Below are positions 37,075-50,185 of a DNA stretch of 64,000 nucleotides, piece after piece (positions within the stretch are counted from its first letter, which is position 1; every line of letters begins with the position of its first letter). The position numbers were made by a program, and so were the translations under genes. Source of the stretch: Mobula hypostoma (taxonomy: Eukaryota); contig NC_086097.1 of NCBI RefSeq assembly GCF_963921235.1, positions 17,236,001 to 17,300,000 on the forward strand, written 5' to 3'. The notes beneath the pieces were generated by a model that saw only the letters and a list, made by a program, of their open reading frames with translations, ran no database searches and had not been told where the DNA came from.

Positions 37075-38290
37075 TAAGACCATAAAATATAGGAGCAGAA
37101 ATAGGCCACTTGGCCAATCAAGTCCACCCTCCATTTCATCATGGCTGATCCACATTCCCTCTTAGCCCAATCTCCTGCCTTCACTCCATATCCTTTCGCG
37201 CCCTGACTAATCAAGAATCTATCAACCTCTGCCTTAAATATACCAAATGACTTGGCCTCCACACCTGCCTGTGGCAATGAATTCCACAGATTGATCACCC
37301 TCTGTCTAAAGAAATTCCTCCTCCTCTCCATTCTAAATGGATGTACCTCTATTCTGAGGTTGTGTACTCTGGTCTTAGACTCCCTCGACATGGGAGATAT
37401 CCTCTCCAATTCGACTCTATTTAGGCTTTTCAATATGTAAATAGTTTCAATCAGATCCCACTTCATTTTCCTGAATTCCAGTGAGTACAGGCCCCAAACC
37501 ATCAAACACTCCTCATATGATAAGCCTTTTAAACCCAGAATCATTTTCATAAATCTCCTTTGAACCAATGTCAGCACATCCTTTCTTAAATAAAGGACAC
37601 AAAACTGCTCACAATACTCCAAGTGACACTGCAGCAAGTACCTTATTAAGCATCAACATTACATCCTTGCTTTTATATTCTAGTCCCCTCAAAATTAAGG
37701 CTAACGTGGCATTTGCTTTCCTCACTTCCAACTCAACCTGCAAATTAACCTTTCGGGAATACTGCATGAGTACTCCCAAGTCCTATTGCACCTCAGGTTT
37801 TTGAATTTTCACTCCATTTTAAAAAATAGTCTACAATTTTATTTCTTCGACCAAAGTGTGTGACCATAAACTTCTGAAAACTGTGTTCTAACTGCCACTT
37901 TTTTTCCCATTCTCCTAATCTGTCTAAGTCCTTCCGTAGTCTCTCTGCTTCCTCAATACTACCTGCCCCTCTACCTATCTTTATATTGTCCACAAAGTTG
38001 GTCACAGAACCATCAATTCCATATTCAAAGTCATTGTCATATAATATACAATATCCCAAAACAGACTCCTGTGGAAAAACATCAGTCACCAACATCCAAA
38101 CAGAAAATGCTCCCTTTATTCCTATTCTTTGCCTCCCGCTAATCAGCCAATGCTCTATCCATGCTAGTGCCTTCCCTGTAACACCACTGGACCTTAACTT
38201 GTTAAGCAGCCTTATGCATGGTACCTTGTCAGAGACCCTCTGAAAATCCAAGTACAGAACATCTACCAATTATCCTTTGTCTATCCTTAT
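37075..38290 (-). mobile_element. CR1 3' fragment nested antisense in the long CR1
   Basis: ORFs 37793..38269 (LDFQRVSDKVP) and 36861..37637; tail at ~37075; 'tttaga' on both flanks. Confidence 0.9.
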
Positions 38291-38895
38291 TGTTATTTCT
38301 TTTAGAGTAGCTTGTGGTTGAGCCCAGCAGTGAAAAAGCAATTCTGGACTGAGTTTTGCATAATGAACCAGAGCTGATTAGGGAGCTTAAGGAAAAGGAA
38401 CACTTAGGAAACAGTGATTATAATATGATAGAATTCACACTAAGTTTGAGAGGGAAAAGCTAAAGTCAGATGTGTCAGAATTACTGTGGAGTAAAGGAAA
38501 TTACAGAGGCATGAGAGAAGAGCTGGTCAAATTGATTAGAAGGGGACACTAACAGGGATGATGGTGGACTAGCAATGGCTGGAGTTTCTGTTGGGCAATT
38601 CGGAAAGTGTCCAATAAATACATCCCAATGATGAAATAAATATTCTAATGGAAGGATGATGCAACCGTAGGGGACAAGGGAAGTTAACAACAACATAAAA
38701 GCAAAAGGGAAGATGATAAGCCTTACAATATACAAAAATTAGTGGGAAGTTAGAGGTTTGGGAAGCTTTTAAAAATCAACAGAAGGCAACTAAAAAAGCA
38801 ACAAGGAGAGAAAAGATAAAATATGAAGGTAAGTGAACTAATAATATAAAAGAGGATACCAAAAGGTTTTTGCAGATTTACTGTATGAAGAGTAA

Positions 38896-39155
38896 CTAGC
38901 GGGGCACTGTCTACGCCACCCCAAGCTACCTGTCGGCCTAGTCATCATATGGGAGGATGAACCCTGGGCGCCCTCCCAAGACTATGGTCAACATGCTCGT
39001 AGAAAACAGCGGCGTGGCTAATGTAGATGAACTGAACACACTGATGAGGGAGAGGGAGATGTGGAGAGTTCGTCATTGTGCCCGACGCCGGCCCCCTAGG
39101 CCTGAGTCGACATAGTAGTAGTAGTAGTAATATAGTAGTAGTAGTAGTAGTAGTA
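38896..39155 (+). mobile_element. RTE/RTEX-type 3' end with (TAG)n tail and 13-bp TSD
   Basis: Encodes LAGHCLRHP..., GRPPKTMVNML..., ELNTLMREREMWR; TSD gtatgaagagtaa at 38883-38895 and 39156-39168. Confidence 0.8.
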
Positions 39156-42059
39156 GTATGAAGAGTAAAAGAGAGGTGAAAGTAGATATTGAATTACTGT
39201 AAGTGACACTCAAAAGTTAGTATTGGGGAACAAGGTGAACGAAGACAAAGTATTTTGCATAATTCTTGGAATTCTGTGGAAGACACTAGTTGTATGCCGG
39301 AGGTTCAGCAGTGTCAGGGGCAGAAGTGAGTGTAGATGCTATTACTAAGGGATTAAGTACTTGGGAAGCTGAAAGATCTGAAGGTAGATAGTCACCTAGA
39401 CCAGATTGGTACACCCCTGGGTTCCGAAAGAGATGATGGGGGTGTTATTAATGATCTTTCAAAAATCACTTGATTCTGGAATGGTTCCAGAGGACCCAAA
39501 GATTGTCTGAGTGGCATGAGGCAAAGAGTGGGAATAAAGGGAGCCATTTCTGTTTGGCTGCTGGTGACTTGTGTTCTACAGGTATCGGTACTGGGACCAC
39601 ATCATTTCACGTTATGTGTCAATGATTTGGATGATGGAATTGCTGGCTTTGTGGCCAAGTTTGCAGATGATACAAATGTATGTGAAGGGGCAGGTAGTGT
39701 AGAATGGGCAAAGAAATGACAGATAGCATATATTGTAAGGAAGTGTATGGTCATGCACTTTGATAGAAAGCATAAAAGTGCAGTCATTTTTCTAAATGGG
39801 AAGAAAATTCAGAACTCAGAAGTGCAGAGTGACTTGGGAATCCCTGTGCAGCTTCCCTGAAGGTTAACTGGAAGGTGGAGTTAGTGGCAAAGAAGGCAAA
39901 TGCAAAGTTAGCATTCATTTTGAGAGAACCAGAATATTAAGGCAAGGGTGTGTTGCTGAAGTTTATAAAGCTTTAGTCAAACCGCACTTGGAGTGTCGTG
40001 AGTAATTTTGGGACCCATATTTAAGAAAAGATTTGCTGGCATTAGAAAGGTCCAGAAGTGGTTCACAAGAATGATTCTGGGAATGAAAGAGTTAATGTAC
40101 GAGGAGTGTTTGATGGCCCTGGGTCTGTACTCACTGGAGTTTAGAAAAATGATGGACTATCTTATTGAAACCTAACGAATATTAAAAGGCCTAGACAGAG
40201 TGGATGTGGAGTGTATGCTTCCCAGTGAGTGAGTCTGGGATCAGAAGGCACAGCATCAGAATAGATGGGCGTCCATTTAGAAGAGATAAGAAAAAATTTC
40301 TTTAGCCAGAGGGTGGTGAATCTGTGGAATTCAATCTGACGGACACCTGTGGAGGCCAAATCATTGAGTATATTTAAAGCCGAGGTTGATAGTTAGTCAG
40401 GGCATCAAAGGTTACGGGGAGAAAACAAGAGAATGTGGTTGAGAGGGATAATAAATCAGCCATGATGGAATGGTGGAGCAGACTTAATGAGCTGAGAGGC
40501 CTAATTTTGCTCCTATGTGTGATGGTCTTATGGCCATGAATTCCCTCACCAATCAACTATCCTGCAACCCAGACAAATAAATTGTTTCAATAGTATTTGT
40601 GATACAGCTTTTAGAGGAACAAACAGGGTCACTGAGTGAAGGTGTTAGTACAATGGAAAGCAACACCATCGTGCTGTGGACACAGACATTAATGTTCAAA
40701 GTCCAAAAATGTACTATCAATGTTTGTAGAACTGTCTTGAGATTTATTTTCTAAGTGGTCTATGCCAACCAAGATGCCCAGCTAAGGTAGTCCCATTTGC
40801 CCACATTTGACCAGTATACCTTTGAACCTTTCTTCAGATTCAGATATCACGTATGTATTAAAACATGCAGTGAAATACGTTGTTTGCATTAACAACCAGC
40901 ATTACCTAAGGATGCGTTGAGGATGGCCACACATTCTGGCGCCAACATATCATGTCCACAATGTTCAGCAGAACCACACAGAACACAACAAGCAACAAAA
41001 CAAGCCCTGCTCCTCCCTCCCTCTCACCCTCTCACTCACACAGATACACAATCTTCCAAACCCAGGACAAGCCATCTTCAGCCTCCAGTGGTCTCACTAA
41101 TTCACAGCCATCGGACTTCATCCTCCCTTCTAGACTCACAGGTTGAAGGCTCCAGCCATTGGGCCTTGACTTCCAGACTTCTGATCAACCTTCAACCTTT
41201 AATCTTCATGTATACTTGTACGTCTATCTGTTCAAGTGTCTTTTAAATGTTGTTAATGTCTCTTCCGGGAGTTTGGGGTGTTCAGGGAGGAGGAGGGTAG
41301 CACCTTTGGTGAATGGACTTGCCAGGTCCATTCCAGGGCAGCTCACTCACCTTTGACCCCCACCAGATACTCAGCTCTCGCCTGTGGCTTCCAGTAGTTT
41401 CTAGCATGCGACAGCGGCCACACTCCATCCAGTAGGTCCATACAACAGGCGGGCGATACCGGATGAGGCTAGCCGGTGGCTTCACAGCCCGGTGAGATAG
41501 AGACAGTATGTGAAGTCAGCTACGGCACTGCTGGTGGCGATGGGGGTGGGGAACAGGGTTAATGTTTTCTTTCTTTCTTTGCTGTCTATAGGGATGACGT
41601 ATATCAGGGTTGTATACTGCATACGTACTTTGATAATAAATGTACCTTGAATCTTGAATACTACTCCCCCTTCTCTGATGACATTAGCATTGTTGGACAA
41701 TGGCTACAGGAGGTAAGCAGTTCATTTCCTTTCCTCGATCTACTGTCAGGCAGCGGAAGAGTAAGAGAAGAAGACTTGTCATTTCACATCACAGCCACTC
41801 CACAGAAATATGTGTCAGTTGAAGATCCTGCCAAATACTGTGCCAACTCGGACGGTATACACTGCTGTTTCCAATAAAGTGCTCTTTGCCGCAAGCAATT
41901 ATTTTCAATTACTGTGGAATTTAGACGTTCTTTCTTCTGCTCCAAAATTCCAGGTTATTTTAATGTGTACACATAGAGAGTCACTGCGACTGGCTACAAC
42001 ACTCGCTAACTACCCGAGGGTGGAAAGCTTTTCCAGTTTTGGCAAGCAGCTGACAAGCT

Positions 42060-43320
42060 GACAGAAAATGTAACATTGGGTGAATCAGTGACATCTTCAC
42101 GGAAATCTTTAAAACATCACTCATCCAGGCTGCCGTCCCCACATGTTTCAAATCAGCCACCATCATCCCTGTACCACAGTACTCTACACCTTCAGAACTA
42201 AGCGACTACTGTTGGGTAGCACTGATGTCAATCATCATGAAGTGTCTGAACTGCTGATAATGGCTCATATCCATTCCTGTCACTTTGAACACTCACCAAA
42301 GTGCTTTCTGAGAACCTCTCTACAACAGATGCCATAGGGACCTATCATGCATGTGGCCCAGACATACCTAGAAAACTAGGACACTTACGTCAGAATGCTA
42401 TTTCTGGACTTCATTTCAGCATTCAACACTATTGTTCCAGAGACCTTGATGAACAAACTCCTACTCCTTGATCTAAATTAACCACTGTGCAACTGAGTGT
42501 TGAACTTCCTAGTGAACAGACCTCAGATAGTCAGAATGCACAACCGTTCCCCCCCTTTCCACCACCCTTAACAGGGCTGTATGCAGAGCCCATTGCTGTA
42601 CGCTCTGCTGACGCACGACTGCACGACTAAACAGCTGAGCATTCACATTATCAAGTTCGCCGATGACATGACGGCAGTGGGGCTCATCACCAACGATGAT
42701 AAGATGGTCTACAGAGAGGAGGTGGAAGAGCTCAAGGCTTGGTGCCAGACAAATAACCCCTTCCTCAATGTCAAAAAAGCAAAAAGAGATGGCTGTCAAC
42801 TTCACAACCCGCTTTAAGTCAGCGGCGCAGCAGTGGAAGCTGAAGCAGTTTTAGACTCCTGGGAGTGAACATCACCCACAACCTCTCATGATCCCAGAAA
42901 CATCCTACACAATCAGGAAAGCTCACCAGCACCTCTACTTTCTGAGGAGGCTGGAGAGAGCTAGTCTTTGCATATCCATGTTCGCATCATTCTATAGACG
43001 TGCAGTAGAGAGCATCCTAACAAGCTGTGTCCCTGCACAGTGTGGAAACCACACTGCAGCGGACAGGGAGGCACTACAATGGGTCAAAAGTGCCCAATGC
43101 ATCACTGGCACCAGCCTGCCTATCATCAAGGGAATATATCCAGTAAGGTGCTGGGAAAGGGCCAGTTACATTGTGAAGGATCCCACCCACCCTGCTCATG
43201 GACTGTTTACCCCACTCCCATCAGGGAGGAGGCTATGTAGTATCCACGCCAGGACCGCCAGACTCCAAAACTTTCCCCGAGCAGTAAGGCTCATCAACAC
43301 CTTCACCCACTAACTCCGCA
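42060..43320 (+). mobile_element. Old Rex1/Babar RT and C-terminal fragment
   Basis: SPLLYALLTHDC..IIKFADDMTAVGLI; RKAHQHLYFLRRL; DPTHPAHGLFTPLPSGRR. Confidence 0.9.
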
Positions 43321-43729
43321 ACTATACTGGTCTGTATGCTATGTTTTTAATAATGACAGAACACTCTTGAGACTCTGATCAGATCAGGCAGGATCTAATG
43401 GGAGAGATAGAAAGACAGAGAGGGAAAATGGAGGGTGTGGAGAGAGGGAGAAACAGGGATGCGGAGAGATGGAGAGAGAGAGAGAATATGTTTGTGAGAG
43501 AGAAAGGGAGCGTGAGAGGTCAGTAATGTCCGGTCGAAAACCCTACATTAGCACTGTAGCTTCTTTCTCTATACCCTTAAAGATTTGTTGCCACTCCTCC
43601 TCACAGACCATAGCATAATCAGATTATTTTAAACTTAACCTGCTAAAGTTGAATCACAATCATACAGCACAGGATCAAGGGCTTTGGCTACCATGTTCAT
43701 GCCAGCCCTCAAGTCCTATGTATACTTAT

Positions 43730-43912
43730 AATCTGCTGGAGGAACTCAGCACGTCAAGCAGTAACCGTTGGAGAAAAGATATTGTCAATAATTTCGGTTG
43801 AAGGCCTGCATTAGGGTTGGTCCTGAAACATCAACAATTCCTTTCCTTCCGCAGATGCTTTTGGATCCACAGAGCTTCTTCAAATTCCAGCATCTGCATT
43901 TTCTTGTGTCTC
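43730..43912. mobile_element. Degenerate inverted Penelope-type terminal repeat pair
   Basis: 'tgctggaggaactcagc...' on the left; '...cctgaaacatcaac...cagatgct...ttccagcatctgca' on the right. Confidence 0.55.
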
Positions 43913-44039
43913 CTATCTATACTAATTCTAGTTGCCAACACTTGGTCAATAGCATATTCTGCCTTGGCAATTCAAATACTTGTTCAGTATTTCTTAAAAG
44001 TTGTGAAAGTATTAACCTGCACCACCTTCTCAGGTAGTG

Positions 44040-44330
44040 TATTCTAGATTGCAACCATCCTCTGGTAAGAAGAAAGATCCCTTCTTAGATTCCCCCTAGG
44101 CCTCTTACACCTCACCTTAAATCTATGCGGTATGGTCTGAAACACCCATTCCATGAAAAGACAGTTTCTTCCCTTCTCCTCTCTCTGCGCTTTTCATAAT
44201 TTTGTACTCCTCTGTCAGGTTCCCCTGCCCCTCCCCGATGACCACCACAGGGAAATAAACACTGTATGTTCTGTCTCTCCAGATATCTAAAGCATTTTAT
44301 CCCAGGCAACATCCTGGTGAAAAGCAAGTC
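44040..44330 (-). mobile_element. Old CR1 fragment
   Basis: FTRMLPGIKCFRYLER in ORF 44112..44339. Confidence 0.65.
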
Positions 44331-44607
44331 CTGAAACAAGAATGTGGATAGATTGCAACAAAATATATATACACATATAACTTTGTCATCAGGTGTTTGT
44401 TATATTGAAGTGAACTTAATTAGAATGGATATGAAGGACTGGGGATAACTACAAAGAATGTTGTGGACAAACAGTGTGGAAAAGAAGAACTGAAATGAAT
44501 GGCTCTGATTGGACCATCACTATGACTGATAGAATGGTTTGAAAAACTCAAGACTTCTTTTCGTGCCTGTAGAATATTCTCTGGCTGTTTAATTGCATTC
44601 TTCCTCC

Positions 44608-45070
44608 AAGAGGACCACAACCTTGTTGTAGGTTACATGGAGGCTTACGTGTCTCAATGACCTGGAGAACTAAGTTAGCTGGAGACAGGGCCTTGGTGCT
44701 TTGAAGCTTGTTAGGGTCACTCATGCCAAATAGGTCAAAGGGTAGAGGACAGATTGAGTTGTCCAATGGTCCTCCAGGTTTTGGGGTTTCAGTTGAGGGC
44801 TAACAACCCTGACTAGTAACACAACATTATTATGGAAACAGCAATGAAGAATCCTTCTACATCTGAGTGCGATGATATGCCTGTGTCTCCACCCGGGACT
44901 TGTATGACTGACAGTAGTGAAAACCGAGAGCAAGCTATTAGCATGATGAAAGAAACCCTGAACACCATTAAGATCAAGACCAAAATGGGTTTTGATGGCC
45001 AAGGACAAACAGAATGGAGAATCTTCATTGCTGTCCTAACTGCCAATGGCATAATGAGCTGGAAGTAAGT
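44608..45070 (+). mobile_element. Bipartite non-autonomous RTE element (copy 2)
   Basis: Homologous to 33830-34222; ends EWRIFIAVL-coding DNA and (aagt)n. Confidence 0.65.
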
Positions 45071-45817
45071 AATTGTCATATAGTACAGAAACAGGCCATT
45101 CAGCCCACCATTTCATGCTAAGCAATGGACAACCATTCATGTTAAACCCATTTTCCATCTCTCGGTTCATTGCCTTCAATGCTCAGACCATTACAGGATT
45201 CACAGAGACACTTCTTCAATGCCAGCAGCTACTCTGCTTTCACTGCTCTCTCTGGCAGTGCGGTCCAGATACCAACCCACTTGCTGCGTGAAAGAGGTCC
45301 TCCTCAAATTCCCCCCTAGATCTTTGAACCCTTACCCCTTGCTTTTTTAAATGTATATTAATATAATTAATTCATTGGGTGCAGGCGTCACTGACAAGAC
45401 CAGCATTCAGTTTCCATGCTAACTACATTACAGAGTATGCTGGCAAGCTGCCTCTTTGAATACTTTTGGTTTCACACTGTTGTATTGAAGAGAACATAAT
45501 CAGGATAAAGATGAAAGATAAAATAAAACATTTGTTAAACTAACAAAAGATATGAGCGAATAACATGGAATGGATGGATCTGAATGGACCTCCACTGTAG
45601 TCCAAAGTTCAAGAAGTTCAAAGTTTAAAATAAATTATTGTCGAAGTGCATATATGTCACCATATACAACCCTGAGATTCATTTTCTTGCAGTCATACTC
45701 AATAAATCCATTATAGAATAATAACCATAATGAAATTAATGAAAGATGGAATGGAATCAGTGTCATATTCAGAGTAAGATTCATTTCCCACAGGATATGA
45801 GGATAGATGTGTTATAT

Positions 45818-46215
45818 TGGGGCACCATGGTAGCGTAGTGGTTATTGTGACACATGGGCATACAAGCTTGGAGTTCAAATGCCTTGCTGTATGTAAAAAG
45901 TTTATACATTCTTTCCATGACCAAATGGATTTCCTCCGGGTGCTCTGGTTTCCTCTCATAGTCCAAAGATGTACCAGTAAGTCAGTTAATTGGAATTGTC
46001 CTGTGTCTAGTCATAGTCATAGTCATAGTCATACTTTATTGATCCCGGGGGAAATTGGTTTTCGTTACAGTTGCACCATAAATAATAAATAGTAGTAGAA
46101 CCATAAATAGTTAAATAGTAATATGTAAAATATGCCTCGGGTTAAACAGGTAGGTTTGCTGGGCGGTAAAGCTCATTGGGCCGGAAGGGCCTTTTCTGTG
46201 CTGTATCTCAAAATA
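45818..46215 (+). mobile_element. V-SINE (HE1-like) interrupted by a Rex1 tail-only insertion (~46008-46135, minus)
   Basis: 'ggggcaccatggtagcgtagtggtta', V-core 'tttcctccgggtgctctggtttcctc'; insert has (agtcat)n and 'actttattgatcccgggggaaa'. Confidence 0.85.
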
Positions 46216-46704
46216 AAAATAAATGAAATTATGTTAAGGTTACTCTGTCAGAGCTGTTGCTGAGGATTTAGGAGATGTTATGCAAGTCTCGGCGAGTTGA
46301 TGCAATTGCAACTTGCAGAAAGATGAGTACATATGTCAACAACTTAAACTTATTAACCGGTTTTAGCAACAAAGCCGATTTGACAAGTGACATTTCCCTT
46401 CTGTCTGCCATCCATTTCGCTTTCGGTAATGAATTTCAACTTGAAATGTTATTCATCCCTTTGTACATAAAATTCAAAGGATGCACAAAAATAGGCTATT
46501 TATCCTAGTTGGTACATGTTTCTGTTAAGGTCTTCACAAGCCACCTCCCACATCTTTAATCCAGTTAGTAGTATTTGCAACTTCCTTTTACTTTTCTGTG
46601 TTTATACAGATTCTCCTGGAATGAATTCTTCGTGACCAGCCTACAATGGAGTGAATTTCATATTCCTACAACTGTCAGAATTCCCCGCATCCTCCACTGG
46701 ACTT

Positions 46705-47330
46705 GCACTCAGTGGCTACTTTTTTTTAGGTCCACCTGTACCCCTGCTTCTTAATGCAAATATAGTCATAGTTATACTTTATTGATCCCGGGGGAAACTG
46801 GTTTTTGTTACAGTTGCACCATAAATAATTAAATAGTAATAAAACCATAAATAATTAAATAGTAATATGTAAATAATGCCAGGAAATCAGTCCAGGACCA
46901 GCCTATTGGCTCAGGGTGTCTGACCCTCCAAGGGAGGAGTTGTAAAGTTTGATGGCCACAGGCAGGAATGACTTCCTATGACGCTCTGTGTTGCATCTCG
47001 GTGGAATGAGTCTCTGGCTGAATGTACTCCTGTGCCCAACCAGTACATTATGTAGTGGATGGGAGACATTGTCCAAGATGGCATGCAACTTGGACAGCAT
47101 ACTCTTTTCAGACACCACCATCAGAGAGTCAGAATTTATTGTATTTATATAATAAATATATAATTAACCAATCATGTGGCAGCAACTCAATGCATAAAAG
47201 CAGGCAGACATGGTCAAGAGGTTCAGCTGATGTTCAGACCAAACATCAGAATGGGGAAGAAATGTGATCTGAGTGACTTTGACCATGGAATAATTGTGGG
47301 TGCCAGATGGAGTGGTCTGAGTATCTTATA
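46705..47330. mobile_element. Partial non-autonomous Tc1-type element interrupted by Rex1
   Basis: TIR 'cactcagtggctacttt'; resumes 'ccaatcatgtggcagcaactcaatgcataaaagca' (antisense to 57360-57465). Confidence 0.7.
46764..47128 (-). mobile_element. Young Rex1 3' fragment
   Basis: ORF 46903..47121 nearly identical to the end of ORF 9126..9497. Confidence 0.92.
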
Positions 47331-48058
47331 AAAAAACTGGGTGTAATATAAATTGCATTTTACTCTGTATTATGCTGATCATCTTGCTTTAAATTGGTTT
47401 TGGTTTTATATTTTAGTTGTACAGATGTTACTTAATAAATAAATTTTGGTTGATTCATGGCTGGTTAAATTATATTGAACAAGATGGCTTCCTGAACCGT
47501 GTCTGCTCCTGAATTTCATTGCTCAAGTTTGCTGAGAGACCAAAAATACAAAGATGAGAAATGGAATGAGCAAAGGAAATTCTGCTTCCTTTCCTTGGTT
47601 TCTAGGAATTTTGCCATGTATTGAATCTGAAGTTCTTTCTTGGAATTTGTTTTCCACAGTCCCACCCTTCATCTTCCTACAATCTTCATGTGTCCCACTG
47701 CCTGGGGCTTCCAGGCTGAAAGGGTTTTGTATCTGGGATGAGAGAATTTCTGCTCCCTCCAACAAAACTAAAGGATGCATGGCCAAAGTAAATAAAATAG
47801 AGGCACTCAGCTCCTTTCATTTTCACAATGGTGGCCAGTGTTGAGGTACATCCAGATGGCAACCTCGAGAGTTTATCATGCAAAGTGGTGCAATTGGATG
47901 AAGAGTTGTGGAGTAGTCTGAGCTATTACTCACAGCAGTAAATCAGCACGAAACATATTTCAGGACTTCTTCACGACAGTGGTAGTTTAGGGCCGCTCCT
48001 ATTAGCTTCCATTCCCCCTTTGTATTTCTGAAGTAGTTTTCTTTCCTTAGGTAACATA

Positions 48059-49306
48059 GAGTGCCATGCAAAAGTTTGGGCACCCCTAGTCAAAATTTCT
48101 GTCACTGTGAATAGCTAAGCGAGTAAAAGATGAACTGATTTCCAAAAGGCATAAAGTTAAAGATGACATAGTTCTTTAATATTTTAAGCAAGAAAACTTT
48201 TTTATTTCCACCTTTTACAGTTTCAAAATTACAAAAAAGGAAAAGGGCCCGAAGCAGAGGTTTGGGCACCCTGCATGGTCAGTACTTAGTAACACCCCCT
48301 TTGGCAAGTATCACAGCTTGTAAACGCTTTTTGTAGCCAGCTAAGAGTCTTTCAATTCTGTTTGAGGGATTTTCGCACATTCTTCCTTGCAAAAGGCTTC
48401 TAGTTCTGTGAGATTCTTAGGACGTCTTGCATGCACTGTTCTTTTAAGTTCCAGCCACAGATTCTCGACGATGTTTAGGTCAGGGGACAGTGAGGACCAT
48501 GGCAAAACCTTCAGTTTGTGCCTCGAGGTAGTCCATTGTGGATTTTGAGGTGTGTTTAAGTTCATTATCCTGTTGTAGAAGCCATCCTCTTTTCATCTTC
48601 AGCTCTTTTACAGACGGTGTGATGTTTGCTTCCAGAATTTGGTGGTATTTAATTTAATTCATTCTTCCCTCTACCAGTAAATGTTCCCCATGCCACTGGC
48701 TGCAACACAAGCCCAAAGCATGATTAATCCACCCCCGTGTTTTACAGTTAGAGAGGGGTTCTTTTCATGAAATTCTGCACTCTTTACAACAGGATAATGA
48801 ACTTAAACACACCTCAAAATCCACAATGGACTACCTCAAGAGGCGCAAGCTGAAGGTTTTGCCATGGCCCTCACAGTCTACTGACCTAAATATCATCGAG
48901 AATCTGTGGATAGACGTCAAAAGAGCAGTGCATGCAAGACGGCCCAAGAATCTCACAGAACTAGAAGCCTTTTGCAAGGAAGGATGGGCGAAAATCCCCC
49001 AAATAAGAATTGAAAAACTCTTAGCTGACTACAAGAAGTGTTTACAATTTGTGATACTTACCAAAGGGGGTGTTACTAAGTACTGCCATTCAGGGTGCAC
49101 AAACTTTTGCTTCGGGCCCTTTTCCTTTTTTTGTTATTTTGAAACTGTAAAAGATGAAAATAAAAACAAAGTTTTCTTGCTTAAAATATTAAAGAAATGT
49201 CATCTTTAACTTTAAGTCTTTTGGAAATCAGTTCATCTTTTACTCACTTAGCTATTCACGGTAACAGAAATTTTGACCGGGGTGCCCAAACTTTTGCATG
49301 CCACTG
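48059..49306. mobile_element. Fold-back Tc1-like transposon derivative (two 3' ends), TA TSD
   Basis: TA at 48057-58 and 49307-08; TIR (c)agtggcatgcaaaagtttgggcacccc; arms ~48059-48577 / ~48786-49306 both encode QQDN..KH...WP.QS.DLN.IENLW; spacer encodes TVKHGGG. Confidence 0.95.
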
Positions 49307-49399
49307 TATGGTTTACTTTGTCCTGATGTTTGGTTTTGCAATTGTGTGAAAATCCAGGCTCAATAAGCCTCACTACTTCTGTACCTCTGCCCTGCATCT

Positions 49400-49698
49400 C
49401 TCTCACTTTTGCTCTGGTTATCCTTTTCCCTCTGTCCTCCCTCTCTGTCCCTCTTCCACCCTTCCTTTCTTTCCCCCTCTTACCCTCTCCCTCTCTTTCT
49501 CTCTCTCCCTCCTCTCTCACACCCACCCCTCCCTCCCTCTTTCTCCCTCTCCCTTACACTCACCCTCTCTCCCACTCTCTCTCCCTCTCCCCCTCTCTCT
49601 CTCCTCTCCTCCCTCTCTCTCTCCTCTCCCCCTTTCTGTATCCTTCTCCCTCTCTTTTACACTCACCATCTCTCCCATTCTCTCTCTCCCTTGCTCCC

Positions 49699-49735
<37 letters not shown>
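49400..49735. repeat. Polypyrimidine (CT-rich) low-complexity tract ending in (CT)n(CA)n
   Basis: Direct reading. Confidence 0.95.
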
Positions 49736-50185
49736 TTCTTACCAGGTGGCCTCTTTCAAATAATCCGAATCTGATTCATATTCCAAATACGTCTATATTT
49801 AAATAGTACATTGCCTTAGAGGAGAATTATGCATTCATCAAATAACAGTTACGCAGTTGAACTGAAAAAAAAAATCACTCCCTTTGCTAAAGAGATACTT
49901 TTATTGGAGTTGCTGGCTGTAACTCAACTACTTCCCTACAGCTCAATGAGAGAGGCAGATGTGGTCGACTTGCTTTCACATTTATCCAAGGCAGCAAACC
50001 AGACATAAAATATCCCTCTAGTCATTTTGTTACATCTCAGCTCTCCTTCACTGACTGCGTGTTCTAACATGGTGTTTCTCCAGACCGAATTCTAAGTAAA
50101 TAGATATGAAACGATTATGAGGATTTGAAAACCCTTACAGGCAAGCCAGTTTCTGGAACACCTCATTTAGAAAGCTCTGTTTGTG

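Larger units (their letters stand above)
35230..40532 (+). mobile_element. Near full-length, decayed CR1 LINE: ORF1 (zinc finger + SGNH esterase) ~35480-36430, ORF2 from ~36570, 3'UTR to ~40532
   Basis: SCEMW..ICRK..QL..L...V.EL (ZnF/zipper), FPGARVQDV and VVNICTNDI (esterase blocks), KVLYLNARSI/GITEMWL (APE), KFADDT (RT), CR1 tail. Confidence 0.9.

Noticed and set aside
48030..48056. ttttctttccttag/gtaac as a recursive splice site
   Set aside because: Weak donor half and directly abuts the Tc1 insertion; chance match plausible
49248..49806. Several ORFs (S/L/P- or E/R/G-rich)
   Set aside because: Artefacts of the CT-rich low-complexity tract
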